From Candidatus Omnitrophota bacterium (GTDB taxonomy: Bacteria; Omnitrophota; Gorgyraeia; B26-G9): a DNA stretch of 64,000 nucleotides. The translations under genes and the position numbers were made by a program. Each line of letters begins with the position of its first letter. Position 1 is the first letter of the stretch. The stretch spans positions 5,774-69,773 of the forward strand of contig JAHITE010000080.1 of assembly GCA_018817585.1 (NCBI GenBank). Reading direction: 5' to 3'. This document shows positions 9,941 to 20,052 of the stretch, piece by piece. The notes under the pieces are model-generated. The model did not search any database, was not told the DNA's origin, and saw only the letters and a list, made by a program, of their open reading frames with translations.

Positions 9941-11278
9941 ATGGCAAATAAAAAACAATCAAAACTCAAAATAAAAGTAAGGGCTATTCAGAAAAAAGCG
10001 AAAAAGCCTATATCTAAAAATAGCGCTTTTAAAGCGGAACGACGGAATTTTTCAAGACGGGCTTTTGACAAAATTAAAACTAATGCGAAAATGGGAAAGA
10101 CGGTTCTCCGGCAAGCGCGTGAGTTAAAGCTTAAAAACGGGCAGATAAAGAAATGGGTAGAGAGGAATGATCTGGCTGAGGAGCAGGTTTACATTCTTAC
10201 CAAGGCCATGGAATCAGCCGTGGACGGAATTTTTCTTATTGACGCGCGGAAACCGGATTATCCTATTGTTTATACTAATAAATCGTTTCAGAAGATGACT
10301 GGTTACACAAAAAATGAAATTTTGGAAAAAAATTATTTCTTATTCTACGGAGTTGAGGCCAATCCTCTTATTATCAAGAAAATAAAGCGCGCTATGCTTA
10401 AAGGGAAATCTTTTCACGGAGAAGTGCTTAATTTGAATAAGGCTGAAAAAAAATGCTGGAATTCATTGCGCCTTTCTCCGGTACCTGATTTAAAAGGGGA
10501 GGTTACTCATTATGTAGGGATCAAGACAGATCTCACCTTGATGAGGCAGAGAGAATTAAAGATCGAAGAGCAGCGCCATGAGCTTTTGCACGTAACCAGG
10601 GTGGGAAAACTCGCGGAATTTGTTTCTTCTTTAGCGCATGAGATCAGCCAGCCGCTTACGTCTATTCTTTCTTACGCGCAGGCGGCTCAACGTATGCTTA
10701 ATGGCAAAGAGCCTAAGCTAAAGGATATATTGCAGTACATTATTAATGATGACCAGCGGGCGGCCGCGGTTATTCAGCGCATGCGTTTGCTTTTAAAGAA
10801 GGGTATTTCGGAAATGAAACCGCTTGACATCAATACTCTTATTAATGATACAGTTATACTTATTGCTACTGATGCCGCAGTAAGGCACGATGTCTTAAAG
10901 CTCGAGCTTGAAAAGAACCTTCCGCTTATCCGCGGTGACCATATACAGCTGCAGCAGGTTATCCTGAATCTTATCAGTAATAGTTTCGATGCTCTGGATA
11001 ACGCGCCGCAGGTCCGGGAGATAATGATCAGTACATCGCGGAAGGATAATGTGATTATTGTTGAAATTCGGGATACAGGATGCGGGATACCAGTGAAGAA
11101 TCTTCCTAAGCTTTTCACCCGGTTTTTTACGAGTAAACAGGATGGGCTGGGCATGGGATTGTCTATCAGCCGCTCTATTGTTGAGTTTCATGGCGGGAAA
11201 TTGGATGTTAAAAATAATCCTAGCGGCGGGGCAATTTTTTATTTTTCCCTTCCTATCAAGAAAAAAGCCAGAGTATGA
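9941..11278 (+). CDS. PAS-domain sensor histidine kinase (FixL-like)
   Basis: PAS (PIVYTNKSFQKMTGY), H-box LAHEISQPL, N-box QQVILNLISNS, G boxes DTGCGI and GLGMGLSIS. The start is uncertain (9920 or 9941). Confidence 0.9.
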   Translation: MANKKQSKLKIKVRAIQKKAKKPISKNSAFKAERRNFSRRAFDKIKTNAKMGKTVLRQARELKLKNGQIKKWVERNDLAEEQVYILTKAMESAVDGIFLIDARKPDYPIVYTNKSFQKMTGYTKNEILEKNYFLFYGVEANPLIIKKIKRAMLKGKSFHGEVLNLNKAEKKCWNSLRLSPVPDLKGEVTHYVGIKTDLTLMRQRELKIEEQRHELLHVTRVGKLAEFVSSLAHEISQPLTSILSYAQAAQRMLNGKEPKLKDILQYIINDDQRAAAVIQRMRLLLKKGISEMKPLDINTLINDTVILIATDAAVRHDVLKLELEKNLPLIRGDHIQLQQVILNLISNSFDALDNAPQVREIMISTSRKDNVIIVEIRDTGCGIPVKNLPKLFTRFFTSKQDGLGMGLSISRSIVEFHGGKLDVKNNPSGGAIFYFSLPIKKKARV

Positions 11279-11429
11279 CTATTCTCAAGACGATAATTTA
11301 TGTTGCGGAGTCTCACTTCAAATAATTAAGGTCTACCGCGGCCGGGTAATGAATAAAATGCAGGCCAAAATCGTGTCCGAGCTTATCCGTTTTGCCCAAA
11401 AAGCAGGCATTACTCCCTCTAAAAGTTAA
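11275..11429 (+). pseudogene. FixJ-like response regulator with a large internal deletion
   Basis: The ATG overlaps the kinase stop (ATGA). MTILKTIIYVA is joined out of frame to the LuxR-HTH C-terminus GVSLQIIKVYRGRVMNKMQAKIVSELIRFAQKAGI. Confidence 0.8.
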
Positions 11430-11503
11430 TTTCTTCAAAGATAATATTTATTCAAACCTCTTCAAAATCGCACAAAACATAATCTACCGCAAAATTCGGG
11501 ATG

Positions 11504-11547
11504 TATACCCAGGTACAATTGATTAAAATTTTTATTTCGCGCATAAT
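11504..11547 (+). promoter_or_regulatory. Palindromic operator plus promoter, copy 1
   Basis: TATACCCAGGTACAA, then TTGATT, 17 bp, CATAAT. Confidence 0.75.
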
Positions 11548-11820
11548 AATACTAGAGGTATTGTAAGTAAAAACTATGGACATTAAAAAATATCAAAATA
11601 AAAGGTTTTCGGCTGGGTGCTGTTTGGCAAGCGTTAATAATTGCCACAATATTAACAAGTTTATTTGCTTTTATAAGTTTTAAATGGTGGGTTTTTAGAA
11701 CCTTGCCCCATACGAATACGCGCCTAAGAGGAAAAAACCGCCGATTGATATTCAATTATCCGGGTTTATATACTTGAGAGTTCTTCCGGGAACTAATTCC
11801 ACTGAATTGAAAGCGGTAGA

Positions 11821-14800
11821 ATGACTATGAAGATTTTAATGATGACAAACACTTATACTCCCATGGTTGGAGGAATAGAACAATCTATTCATTCCTTTAC
11901 TCTTGAGTTTGAAAAATTGGGCCATGAAGTTGTTATTGTCGCGCCTGAATGCGCGGGCGCGCCGCCTGATGAGGTTGGGGTGATACGCCTGCGCGCGATT
12001 CAAAAATTCAACCATTCAAATTTTTCCATTGCTTTACCGATGTCGAGTCTTTTACCGGAACTTATGAAAAAGTTTATGCCGGATATTATTCATTGCCACC
12101 ACCCTTTCTGGATGGGGGATATTGCCCTGCGGTTAAGCAGCCAATCCCGTGTTCCGCTGGTGTTTACTTATCATACGATGTTTGAACAGCATATGCATTA
12201 TCTGCCGATTCCAAATGAAGGGATTAAGCATTTTATCATTGAACTTTTTGCCGGTTACGCTAATTTGGCGAATCAGGTGATTGTGCCCAGCGAAAGTGTC
12301 CGCGCTATACTTTTAAACCGCGGGGTCAAAACCCCGATAGAAGTGGTCCCGACCGGAGTGGACCTGCGAAAATTTTCTCAAGGAGATGGAAATATTATCC
12401 GTAAACGCTTGGGTATCCCTTTAAATGCCGTTGTGGCCGGGTGTGTCAGCAGGCTGGTTTTAGAAAAAAATTTAGAATTCTTGAGCCGCAGTGTTGCTGG
12501 TTACTTAAAGAAAGAAAGTAAAGCGCACTTTTTATTGGTTGGAGAAGGGCCGCTTAAGGATCTGATCAAGAAAATCTATAAGGAGGAAGGAGCAGAGAAA
12601 AGGCTGCATCTGACCGGAGTGCTTAAGGGACAGGACCTGGTTGATTGTTATCACGCGATGGATATTTTTACTTTCGCTTCTTTAAGTGAGACGCAGGGGA
12701 TTGTTTTGGTTGAAGCGATGGCTGCCGGAGTTCCGGTTGTGGCTGTTGATGCTCCCGGCATTCGTGAAGTTGTTAAAGATGGTTACAATGGCCGGTTGAT
12801 ATTCGGAGAAAACCAAGACAATTTTTCAAAAGCGGTAGCGTGGTGCCTTAACCAGCCTCCTGGTGAATTCAAGCGGATGAAGGAAAATGCCAAAGCGACA
12901 ACAAAAGAATTCACCGCGGATCTTTGCGCTAAAAAGATGCTTAAGGTTTATCAGGATGTTATGATCAAAGAATACGTTTCTTCGGACCTCAAAAATAGTG
13001 CCTGGGAATCTCTGTCCGGACGGCTAAAGAGTGAGTGGGGGATGTTTAAAAATATGATGCAGGCAGGAGGCGCGGCCATAACAGAAAAGGCAATTTTAAG
13101 GGAACCTATTATTAAGAAAAGAAAAAGAGGGTTAGCCAATCTGCCTAAACTGTTATCTTTGAGTGAATGGTCAGCAAAACTTATGAGGCTATCTTTTTCG
13201 GAAGAGTCAGAAACTCAGCCGGGGTTAGTTTTTATACAAATTGATGGCTTGTCACAAGCTCAGCTTAAAAAAGCAATTAAAAACAATCAAATGCCTTTTC
13301 TTCACGGCCTTATTAAAAAAAAATATTATAAAATTTATCCTCAATATTCCGGGTTACCTTCAAGTACTCCGTCAGTTCAGGGTGAATTATTTTATGGCAT
13401 TAAACACATTGTTCCGGCATTCTCATTTTTCGACAAAAAAGCTCATAAAGTATTTAAAATGTATGACAGTGATGCGGTAGTTGAAATTGAGAGAAGACTT
13501 TCGGAACAGGGAGTCGGCCTTTTAAAAGACGGCAGTTCATATTCTAATATATATTCCGGGGGAGCGCGGGAAACACATTTTTGTGCCGCATTTTTAGGCT
13601 GGAGCCGGATATGGAAGGATGTTAACCCGAATAGCTTTTTTATTTTAATAGTAACTCACTTCTACGTGTTTTTAAGGATGCTGGTTTTAATATCTTGGGA
13701 AATTATTTTAGGAATTTTTGATTTTGGCAGAGATATTTTTAAAAAAAATAATTTTATTGATGAATTAAAATTTATTTATCTGCGTTCACTTATTTGTATA
13801 CATCTTAGAGAATTGGTTTCTTTGGGTGCTAAAATTGATATCGCGCGCGGATTGCCGATTATTTATTTAAATTTTTTAGGTTATGATGAAAACGCGCATC
13901 ATAGCGGGCCTTCATCGCGAGTTGCGCATTGGGCTTTAAAAGGGATAGATCGAGCTATTGAAAAGATCTATTATAATGCTATGCATTCACCTTGCCGCAG
14001 CTATGATATCTGGATCTGTTCTGACCATGGACAGGAGGATTCCATTTCATACATTAGCAAATATGGCAGGACAGTTCAGGAAGCTGTCGCGGAAGTTTTT
14101 AGAGAATTTGATACAACGATTGAAGGTGTTACTTTTGATAAAAATGGAGAACAGCTGCAGCGCGCCCGTTTATTGGGGTTTTTTTATGTTGAAAAAAAAT
14201 TTAGTAACGCGAATTTTGTCCAGGATAATTCTTTGGATAATAAGCTTGTAGTTACAGCTATCGGCCCGACGGGAAATATTTATTTGCCAAGAGAAATGAA
14301 TAATGTTGATAAACATTATTTCGCGAAAGCATTGGTAGCGAAAGCTAAAATTCCTGTTGTTATGCTGCCAAAAGAGCAGGGGCAAGTCTGTGTCTGGACA
14401 GAAGAAGGCGAATTTAATTTACCTAAGGATGCTAAGAAAATTTTAGGAGATGATCACCCGTTCTTATCTCAGGCAACAGAAGACTTAATTAGTATTTGTC
14501 ATCATGCTAACACAGGAGATTTTACTTTTATGGGATTTAAACCTGGGGCAAAAGAATTGATTACTTTTCCGTTGGAAAAAGGTTCTCATGCTGGGCCTGC
14601 CCCAGAAGAAACGAATGCTTTTGCGTTACTTCCGGTTGATGTTATTCCTAGGCAGAGAAAGAGAACGTATTTAACCCCGACGGATTTGCATTTCGCGGCA
14701 CTGCGATTTCTAAAACGCCCGATGCCGCAAGCGGGCAAACAATACTTTGACAATTTGATCCGCGAAAAATTTGAGGCTGCTCCGAAAACAATTCGGGTCA

Positions 14801-15534
14801 TGACTTATAATGCGCACTCTTGTATTGGACTGGATGGTAAAATTTCACCGGAAAGGATTGCCCGCGTTATTGGGCGGCATGAGCCGGATATTGTGGCGCT
14901 TCAAGAACTGGATATGTGGCGTAAACGTACCGGTGAAGTGGACCAACCGCATCTGATCGCTAAAGAATTAGAGATGATATATCATTTTCACCCCTCTGTG
15001 GTTGTTGATGAGGAGCGCTACGGCAATGCTGTGTTAAGCCGCTATCCAATGGAGTTAATGCGTGCAGGGAGGCTGCCTGGTACTATCAAAATCTCCATGG
15101 CGGAACCTCGAGGAGTTATTTGGACAGTTATAAGCATTGCGGGGATAAGGATAAATTTTTTTAACACGCATCTTGGGCTTTTCCCTCGGGAAAGGATTCG
15201 TCAAGCAAAGGCTTTGCTTGGTTCGGAATGGATAGCGCATCCGGTTTGCCATGGCCCGGTTATTTTGTGCGGGGATTTTAACGCTTTGCCTAATTCGCGG
15301 TTATGCCGTACAGTAAAGGAGTTTTTTCGAGATGCTCAAGAAGAACTTGAACATCACAGCCCCAAAGCGACTTGGTCTAGTTATTACCCCGTCGGAAGGA
15401 TTGATCATGTTTTTATCAGCCCTGAAATCGAGGTGACTCGAGTGGAAGTCTCTAGGACAGACCTGGATAAAATCGCTTCAGATCACCTTCCGCTGATTGT
15501 TGACATAAAAATCAGGTTACCAAAGAACGAATAA
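11821..15534 (+). CDS. Fusion of GT4 glycosyltransferase, alkaline-phosphatase-superfamily phosphodiesterase and EEP phosphatase
   Basis: GT4: HCHHPF, ETQGIVLVEAMAAGVPVV. AP superfamily: IQIDGL, PSSTP, GYDENAHH, SDHGQ, GSHAG. EEP: MTYNAH, VALQE, CGDFN, RIDHVF, SDHLP. Confidence 0.85.
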   Translation: MTMKILMMTNTYTPMVGGIEQSIHSFTLEFEKLGHEVVIVAPECAGAPPDEVGVIRLRAIQKFNHSNFSIALPMSSLLPELMKKFMPDIIHCHHPFWMGDIALRLSSQSRVPLVFTYHTMFEQHMHYLPIPNEGIKHFIIELFAGYANLANQVIVPSESVRAILLNRGVKTPIEVVPTGVDLRKFSQGDGNIIRKRLGIPLNAVVAGCVSRLVLEKNLEFLSRSVAGYLKKESKAHFLLVGEGPLKDLIKKIYKEEGAEKRLHLTGVLKGQDLVDCYHAMDIFTFASLSETQGIVLVEAMAAGVPVVAVDAPGIREVVKDGYNGRLIFGENQDNFSKAVAWCLNQPPGEFKRMKENAKATTKEFTADLCAKKMLKVYQDVMIKEYVSSDLKNSAWESLSGRLKSEWGMFKNMMQAGGAAITEKAILREPIIKKRKRGLANLPKLLSLSEWSAKLMRLSFSEESETQPGLVFIQIDGLSQAQLKKAIKNNQMPFLHGLIKKKYYKIYPQYSGLPSSTPSVQGELFYGIKHIVPAFSFFDKKAHKVFKMYDSDAVVEIERRLSEQGVGLLKDGSSYSNIYSGGARETHFCAAFLGWSRIWKDVNPNSFFILIVTHFYVFLRMLVLISWEIILGIFDFGRDIFKKNNFIDELKFIYLRSLICIHLRELVSLGAKIDIARGLPIIYLNFLGYDENAHHSGPSSRVAHWALKGIDRAIEKIYYNAMHSPCRSYDIWICSDHGQEDSISYISKYGRTVQEAVAEVFREFDTTIEGVTFDKNGEQLQRARLLGFFYVEKKFSNANFVQDNSLDNKLVVTAIGPTGNIYLPREMNNVDKHYFAKALVAKAKIPVVMLPKEQGQVCVWTEEGEFNLPKDAKKILGDDHPFLSQATEDLISICHHANTGDFTFMGFKPGAKELITFPLEKGSHAGPAPEETNAFALLPVDVIPRQRKRTYLTPTDLHFAALRFLKRPMPQAGKQYFDNLIREKFEAAPKTIRVMTYNAHSCIGLDGKISPERIARVIGRHEPDIVALQELDMWRKRTGEVDQPHLIAKELEMIYHFHPSVVVDEERYGNAVLSRYPMELMRAGRLPGTIKISMAEPRGVIWTVISIAGIRINFFNTHLGLFPRERIRQAKALLGSEWIAHPVCHGPVILCGDFNALPNSRLCRTVKEFFRDAQEELEHHSPKATWSSYYPVGRIDHVFISPEIEVTRVEVSRTDLDKIASDHLPLIVDIKIRLPKNE

Positions 15535-15561
15535 GGCTATTGGCATGGAGAAATTATATAT

Positions 15562-15605
15562 TATACCCAGGTACAATTGATATGATCACGCGGTTTTATT
15601 AAAAT
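15562..15605 (+). promoter_or_regulatory. Palindromic operator plus promoter, copy 2
   Basis: TATACCCAGGTACAA, then TTGATA, 17 bp, TAAAAT. The first 20 bp are identical to copy 1. Confidence 0.75.
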
Positions 15606-15659
15606 AAAATTAGAAGTAAGAAGAGAGAGATGGTGATTGTAAAAAAGGAAGGGACTAAA

Positions 15660-15860
15660 ATGATCTTAAATAAAACACAAATTGGCAAAAGAAAAAGAAT
15701 CGAAAAAAAAGCATTTGAGTTATTTGAAAAAAGAGGATATTCGCAGGGAAACGATTTGGATGATTGGTTTAAGGCGGAACAGCTTGTGCAAATGGAAAAT
15801 GCGGAGAATATTAAATTAGTTTATGAGAAGGTAAAAAAAGTAAGGAAAGGCTTTGTGTGA
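15660..15860 (+). CDS. DUF2934-domain small protein
   Basis: IEKKAFELFEKRGYSQGNDLDDWFKAEQ matches the DUF2934 pattern. Confidence 0.85.
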   Translation: MILNKTQIGKRKRIEKKAFELFEKRGYSQGNDLDDWFKAEQLVQMENAENIKLVYEKVKKVRKGFV

Positions 15861-16035
15861 TTTGTATAATCGCCGCACAAACAGAACATAAGATAAGAAA
15901 GCCAGTAACCTTGACTGTCAATGGCTACATGTGCGGTGTTAAAAGTTTTTAAAGAAGGGGTTTATGAGTTTTGCGCATGGTATAGAATTTTAAGTGAACG
16001 CTTGAATAAAAAATATGGGGAAGGATGGAGAACTA

Positions 16036-18584
16036 ATGGCAAATCCTTTGTCTAATGAAAAAGAAATTTATGAATACATAAAAATCAAAGGGAGTGTTGT
16101 GCCCCAGCCGGCTTGGGATTTTATGTACCGTCGAGTCGGTGATAATGTAACCGCGATTATCCTCCTTTGCCGGCATTGGCTGGCAAAGAAAGAATTTATG
16201 CCGGTTCAGGAAGCAAAGAGAATTATAAACTGGATCAACGATATGAAAAACGTGGTCAGCTTGATAACCGCGCCCTCAAAAGAGAACTCGTTTTTCCCCC
16301 AATTTGATGATTTCATTCCGCTTGACCCAATTGCACAAGAACTGATTAATCCTTACGTTGGAAGTGATGTGGTTATTATGGAGTCAGCCATAGAGGCGGT
16401 AATGCTTGCCTCTGCTAATCCTGCTCCGGTTTCGCCGGAAATCACGCAAAAGGTTCTGAATCACGCTCAAGCGATGAAAGAGTTTATGGAAAAAATTAAA
16501 GATTTAACCCGTGGAAAGAATCCGAGGGAAAATACCGCAATCTATACGATTCGTTTAGTGACGGATTGTTTCTAACTGATTTGAAAGGTAGTTTTATCGA
16601 TATGAATCAGGCTTGTCTGGATATGTTTGGTTATACCAAGGAAGAAATCAAATTGCATAAGATTATTGATACGATTAGTGACGGTATAACTGTTTCCGAT
16701 ATGCAGGGCCAGTTTATGGTATTCAATGAGAAAATGCGGGAAATTAGCGGATATACTATAGACGAAGTAAACCGGCAAAAAGACTTTGATGTTCTTATTC
16801 ATCCTCAGAGTAAGGATCATCAAGAAGTGCTTAAAAGGCTAAACGAAATTTTTTCACAAGGCACAACGCGCGAAACTCAAACGACGATTCAGGCAAAGGA
16901 CGGTTCGGAAAAAACACTTTTGGTATCAACGGCTTTATTTAATTATAAAAATCGCGATATGTTTTTAAGTGTCTGGCGCGATATCACTGAGCGCAAGCGG
17001 TTAGAGAATGTGCTGAATGATTCGGAAATTCGCTTTCGCCGGCTTTTTGAAACAGCCCAAGACGGGATATTGATAATGGAGGAGGATACCGGCCAAATAA
17101 CTGAAGTTAATCCATTTTTGGTTGATATGCTGGGGTATTCCCGCGAGGAGCTCTTGGGGAAAAAACTATGGGAAGTAGGCGCTTTTGTGGATGTTGATAA
17201 AAGCAAAACAGCATTTATTCATTTACAAAGCAAGGGATATATCCGTTATGAAAATTTACCGCTTCAGGCCAAAGACGGCCATTTGGTTAGTGTAGAGTTT
17301 ATCAGTAACAGCTATAGAGTTGGGCGCAAGAAAGTTATTCAATGTAATATTCGCAATATAACCGAGCGCAGACGTTTGGAGATAGCGCGAGAGTATTTGC
17401 ATAATGAAATAGAAAAATCAAACCAGAAATTGGAACAGTTAGCCCTAAAGGATTCACATACCGGCCTTTATAACCATCGCTATCTTAAAGAGGCGCTTGA
17501 AGTGAATCTTGCCCGGGCACAGAGACAGTTTGCCCCGGTTTCCGTAATAATGATGGATATGGATCATTTTAAGTCAATAAACGATGTATACGGACATGTG
17601 TTTGGCGATTTGATATTAACGCAGTTTGCCGCCCGGCTGACTAAAACTGTCCGCCCTTATGATGCGGTTATTCGTTATGGCGGCGAAGAATTTATTGTAG
17701 TATCTCCTGATCTGGATAGAGCGGGCGCTTTAGTCTTAGCTCAAAGAATCCTAAAAACGGTCAGCTTATTTCCTTTTGGCGATAGTACCCATTCAATCAA
17801 GCTAACGTTAAGCTTAGCGGTTGTTTCTTATCCGGAAGATGTTATAGATATAAACACGGATTTAGTAGATCCTGTCGACCGGATCTTGAATAAGGCCAAA
17901 GAAGACGGCGGTAACAGGGTATATTCATCTTTGGACACAAAAAATGGGTCTGTTACAGCCCGGGAAACCGCGACAATACAGTTAATTAAGAAAAAAATAG
18001 AGAAACTTGCTGTCCGGGCAAACCATAGTTTAATTGAAGAGGCTTTGGCATTTGCCAGGAAAATAAAATTAAAGGACAACTATAACGGCGAGCAGGTGGA
18101 ACGAACCGCTGGTTGGGCAGTTAAAATTTCTCGGGCATTGCATTTTTCTAAAGATAAAATAGAGCTTATTCGGCAAGCGGCAATGCTGCATGATTTGGGA
18201 AAAGCCGGGATTAATGAGCATATATTGCGTAAAAATTCCAAGCTGGACACAGAAGAATTCGAAGAAATTAAAAAACACCCTCAAATAGGTGTGGACATTA
18301 TAAGTCCGATTCATTCTTTGTATCCGATAAAACCATTTCTTCTTTATCATCATGAACGATGGGACGGGAAAGGGTATCCCAAAGGATTGGCTGGGGAGAG
18401 TATCCCTTTAGGGGCCAGGATCATTGCCATCGCGGATGTATATCAAGCATTGGTTTCCAATCGTCCTTACCGCAAGGCTTATTCCAAAGAAAATGCTGTA
18501 AAAATAATAAGAAAAGCCGCAGGTACTCAATTTGATCCGGATATTGTAAAGGCATGTTTAATGGTTTTAAAGAACGAGTTATAA
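16036..18584 (+). pseudogene. Frameshifted PAS-GGDEF-HD-GYP signalling gene (ORFs 16015-16575 and 16566-18584)
   Basis: The -1 frame from 16512 reads WKESEGKYRNLYDSFSDGLFL into the PAS domain. GGEEF, HDLGK and HHERWDGKGYP are present downstream. Confidence 0.75.
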
Positions 18585-18605
18585 ATTTACGACGCTGTTG
18601 TTCTA

Positions 18606-18650
18606 TTATACCTAGGTATAATTGATTTAATTTTTTGTCGCGCCTATAAT
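18606..18650 (+). promoter_or_regulatory. Palindromic operator plus promoter, copy 3
   Basis: Perfect palindrome TTATACCTAGGTATAA (18606-18621), then TTGATT, 17 bp, TATAAT. Confidence 0.8.
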
Positions 18651-18685
18651 GAACTTAAAGGTAAGAGAAGGAATATAGGGAGCAA

Positions 18686-18970
18686 ATGTCAAGAAAAGTA
18701 AAAAAATCTTTATTCTCGATGATGATGAATCAGTGCGCAGATCGCTGAGCATGCTTTTGGTTACGTATGGATTTGCAGTTAATGCTTTTTCCTGCGCAAA
18801 TGATTTTTTGTGCCTGACAGCGTTCCCGGGTGTTTGATCCTGGATATTCATATGCCGGGAATGGACGGCTGGGAGGTTTTAAGGCGGATAGTTAAATCAG
18901 GGGATAGACGGCCGGCCGGTGAAAACACGGAGTGGGTGTTAAAAACAGGAGCTGTAGTGGTTGAGCTTGA
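18686..18970 (+). pseudogene. Degraded response-regulator receiver gene
   Basis: KIFILDDDESVRRSLSMLLVTYGF and, in another frame, PGCLILDIHMPGMDGWEVL. There are at least two frameshifts and missing segments. Confidence 0.8.
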
Positions 18971-18985
18971 TAAGGAAGGGAGAAA

Positions 18986-20041
18986 ATGAAAATAAAGGCT
19001 GTTAAGAAAAGATTATCAGTACAGGCAGTACAAAAGAACGTATTAGAAGTTTCCGAGGACCGCTACCGCAGGCTTTTTGAAACAGCGCAAGACGGGATAT
19101 TAATCCTTGCCGCGAATACAGGAAAGATCAAAGATGTAAACCCGTTTTTGCTAAATATGCTGGGGTATGCTAAAAAAGATATTTTAGAAAAAAAATTATG
19201 GCAGATCGGCGCTTTTAAGGATGCCAAGGCATCAAAAAAAGCCTTTTTAGAGTTGCAAACCAAAGAATACGTCCGGTATGAGGACCTGCCTTTGGAAACA
19301 AAAGACGGACACAAAATCGCGGTTGAATTCGTCAGCAATGTTTACTTAGTTGACCAGAAAAGGGTGATCCAGTGTAATATCCGTGATATTACAGTCCGGA
19401 AGGAAGCTGAAGAGAGCATTCAGCGTTCTTTAAAAGAAAAAGAAGCTCTTTTGAAGGAGCTTCATCACCGGGTTAAAAATAACCTGCAAATTATTTCAGG
19501 CCTGCTGCAGTTAAAGCTTTTTAACTCTAAAAATAAAGAAGTTATTGATGTTTTTAAACAAGTACAGGAACGTATCAGAGTCATGGCTCTTGTTCATCAG
19601 AAGCTTTGTGAATCAAAAGATTTTATGAGTATTGATATCTCTGAATATATCAATGAATTAGTTAATGAATTAATTTTAGCTTACGGTATTGACCGGAAAA
19701 AAATTATGGTTAATGTTAATGTGGTCAAGGTGTTGTTAAAAATAGATATTGCGGTCCCTTGCGGGCTGATCATTAATGAACTGCTTACCAATTCTTTTAA
19801 ATATGCTTTTCCGGAAGACAGGAAAGGAGAAATCGCTATATCGCTGAGTTCAAACCGTAAAGGTATGTTAGAAATACTGGTCAGTGACAATGGTATTGGA
19901 TTTTCCAAAGGGTTTAATATTTATAAGGTTAAAACCATGGGGTTAAGAATTGTTATCGATACTATACAAACTCAACTGGGCGGGAAAATTAGCTTTAGCA
20001 GTGCTGGAGGAACATGGTTTAAGCTCACCTTTCAAAGTTAA
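18986..20041 (+). CDS. PAS plus HisKA_2-type sensor histidine kinase
   Basis: ELHHRVKNNLQII, NELLTNSFKYAF, DNGIG, TMGLRIV. Confidence 0.92.
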   Translation: MKIKAVKKRLSVQAVQKNVLEVSEDRYRRLFETAQDGILILAANTGKIKDVNPFLLNMLGYAKKDILEKKLWQIGAFKDAKASKKAFLELQTKEYVRYEDLPLETKDGHKIAVEFVSNVYLVDQKRVIQCNIRDITVRKEAEESIQRSLKEKEALLKELHHRVKNNLQIISGLLQLKLFNSKNKEVIDVFKQVQERIRVMALVHQKLCESKDFMSIDISEYINELVNELILAYGIDRKKIMVNVNVVKVLLKIDIAVPCGLIINELLTNSFKYAFPEDRKGEIAISLSSNRKGMLEILVSDNGIGFSKGFNIYKVKTMGLRIVIDTIQTQLGGKISFSSAGGTWFKLTFQS

Positions 20042-20052
20042 CAGGAAAAAGC

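Noticed and set aside
11576-11777. Possible small membrane protein gene after operator copy 1
   Set aside because: The ATG is out of frame with the hydrophobic reading and no family is recognisable.
16497-16575. Programmed -1 ribosomal frameshift joining the two ORFs
   Set aside because: The allowed window has no canonical X XXY YYZ slippery heptamer or obvious stimulatory structure. Mutation or assembly error is simpler.
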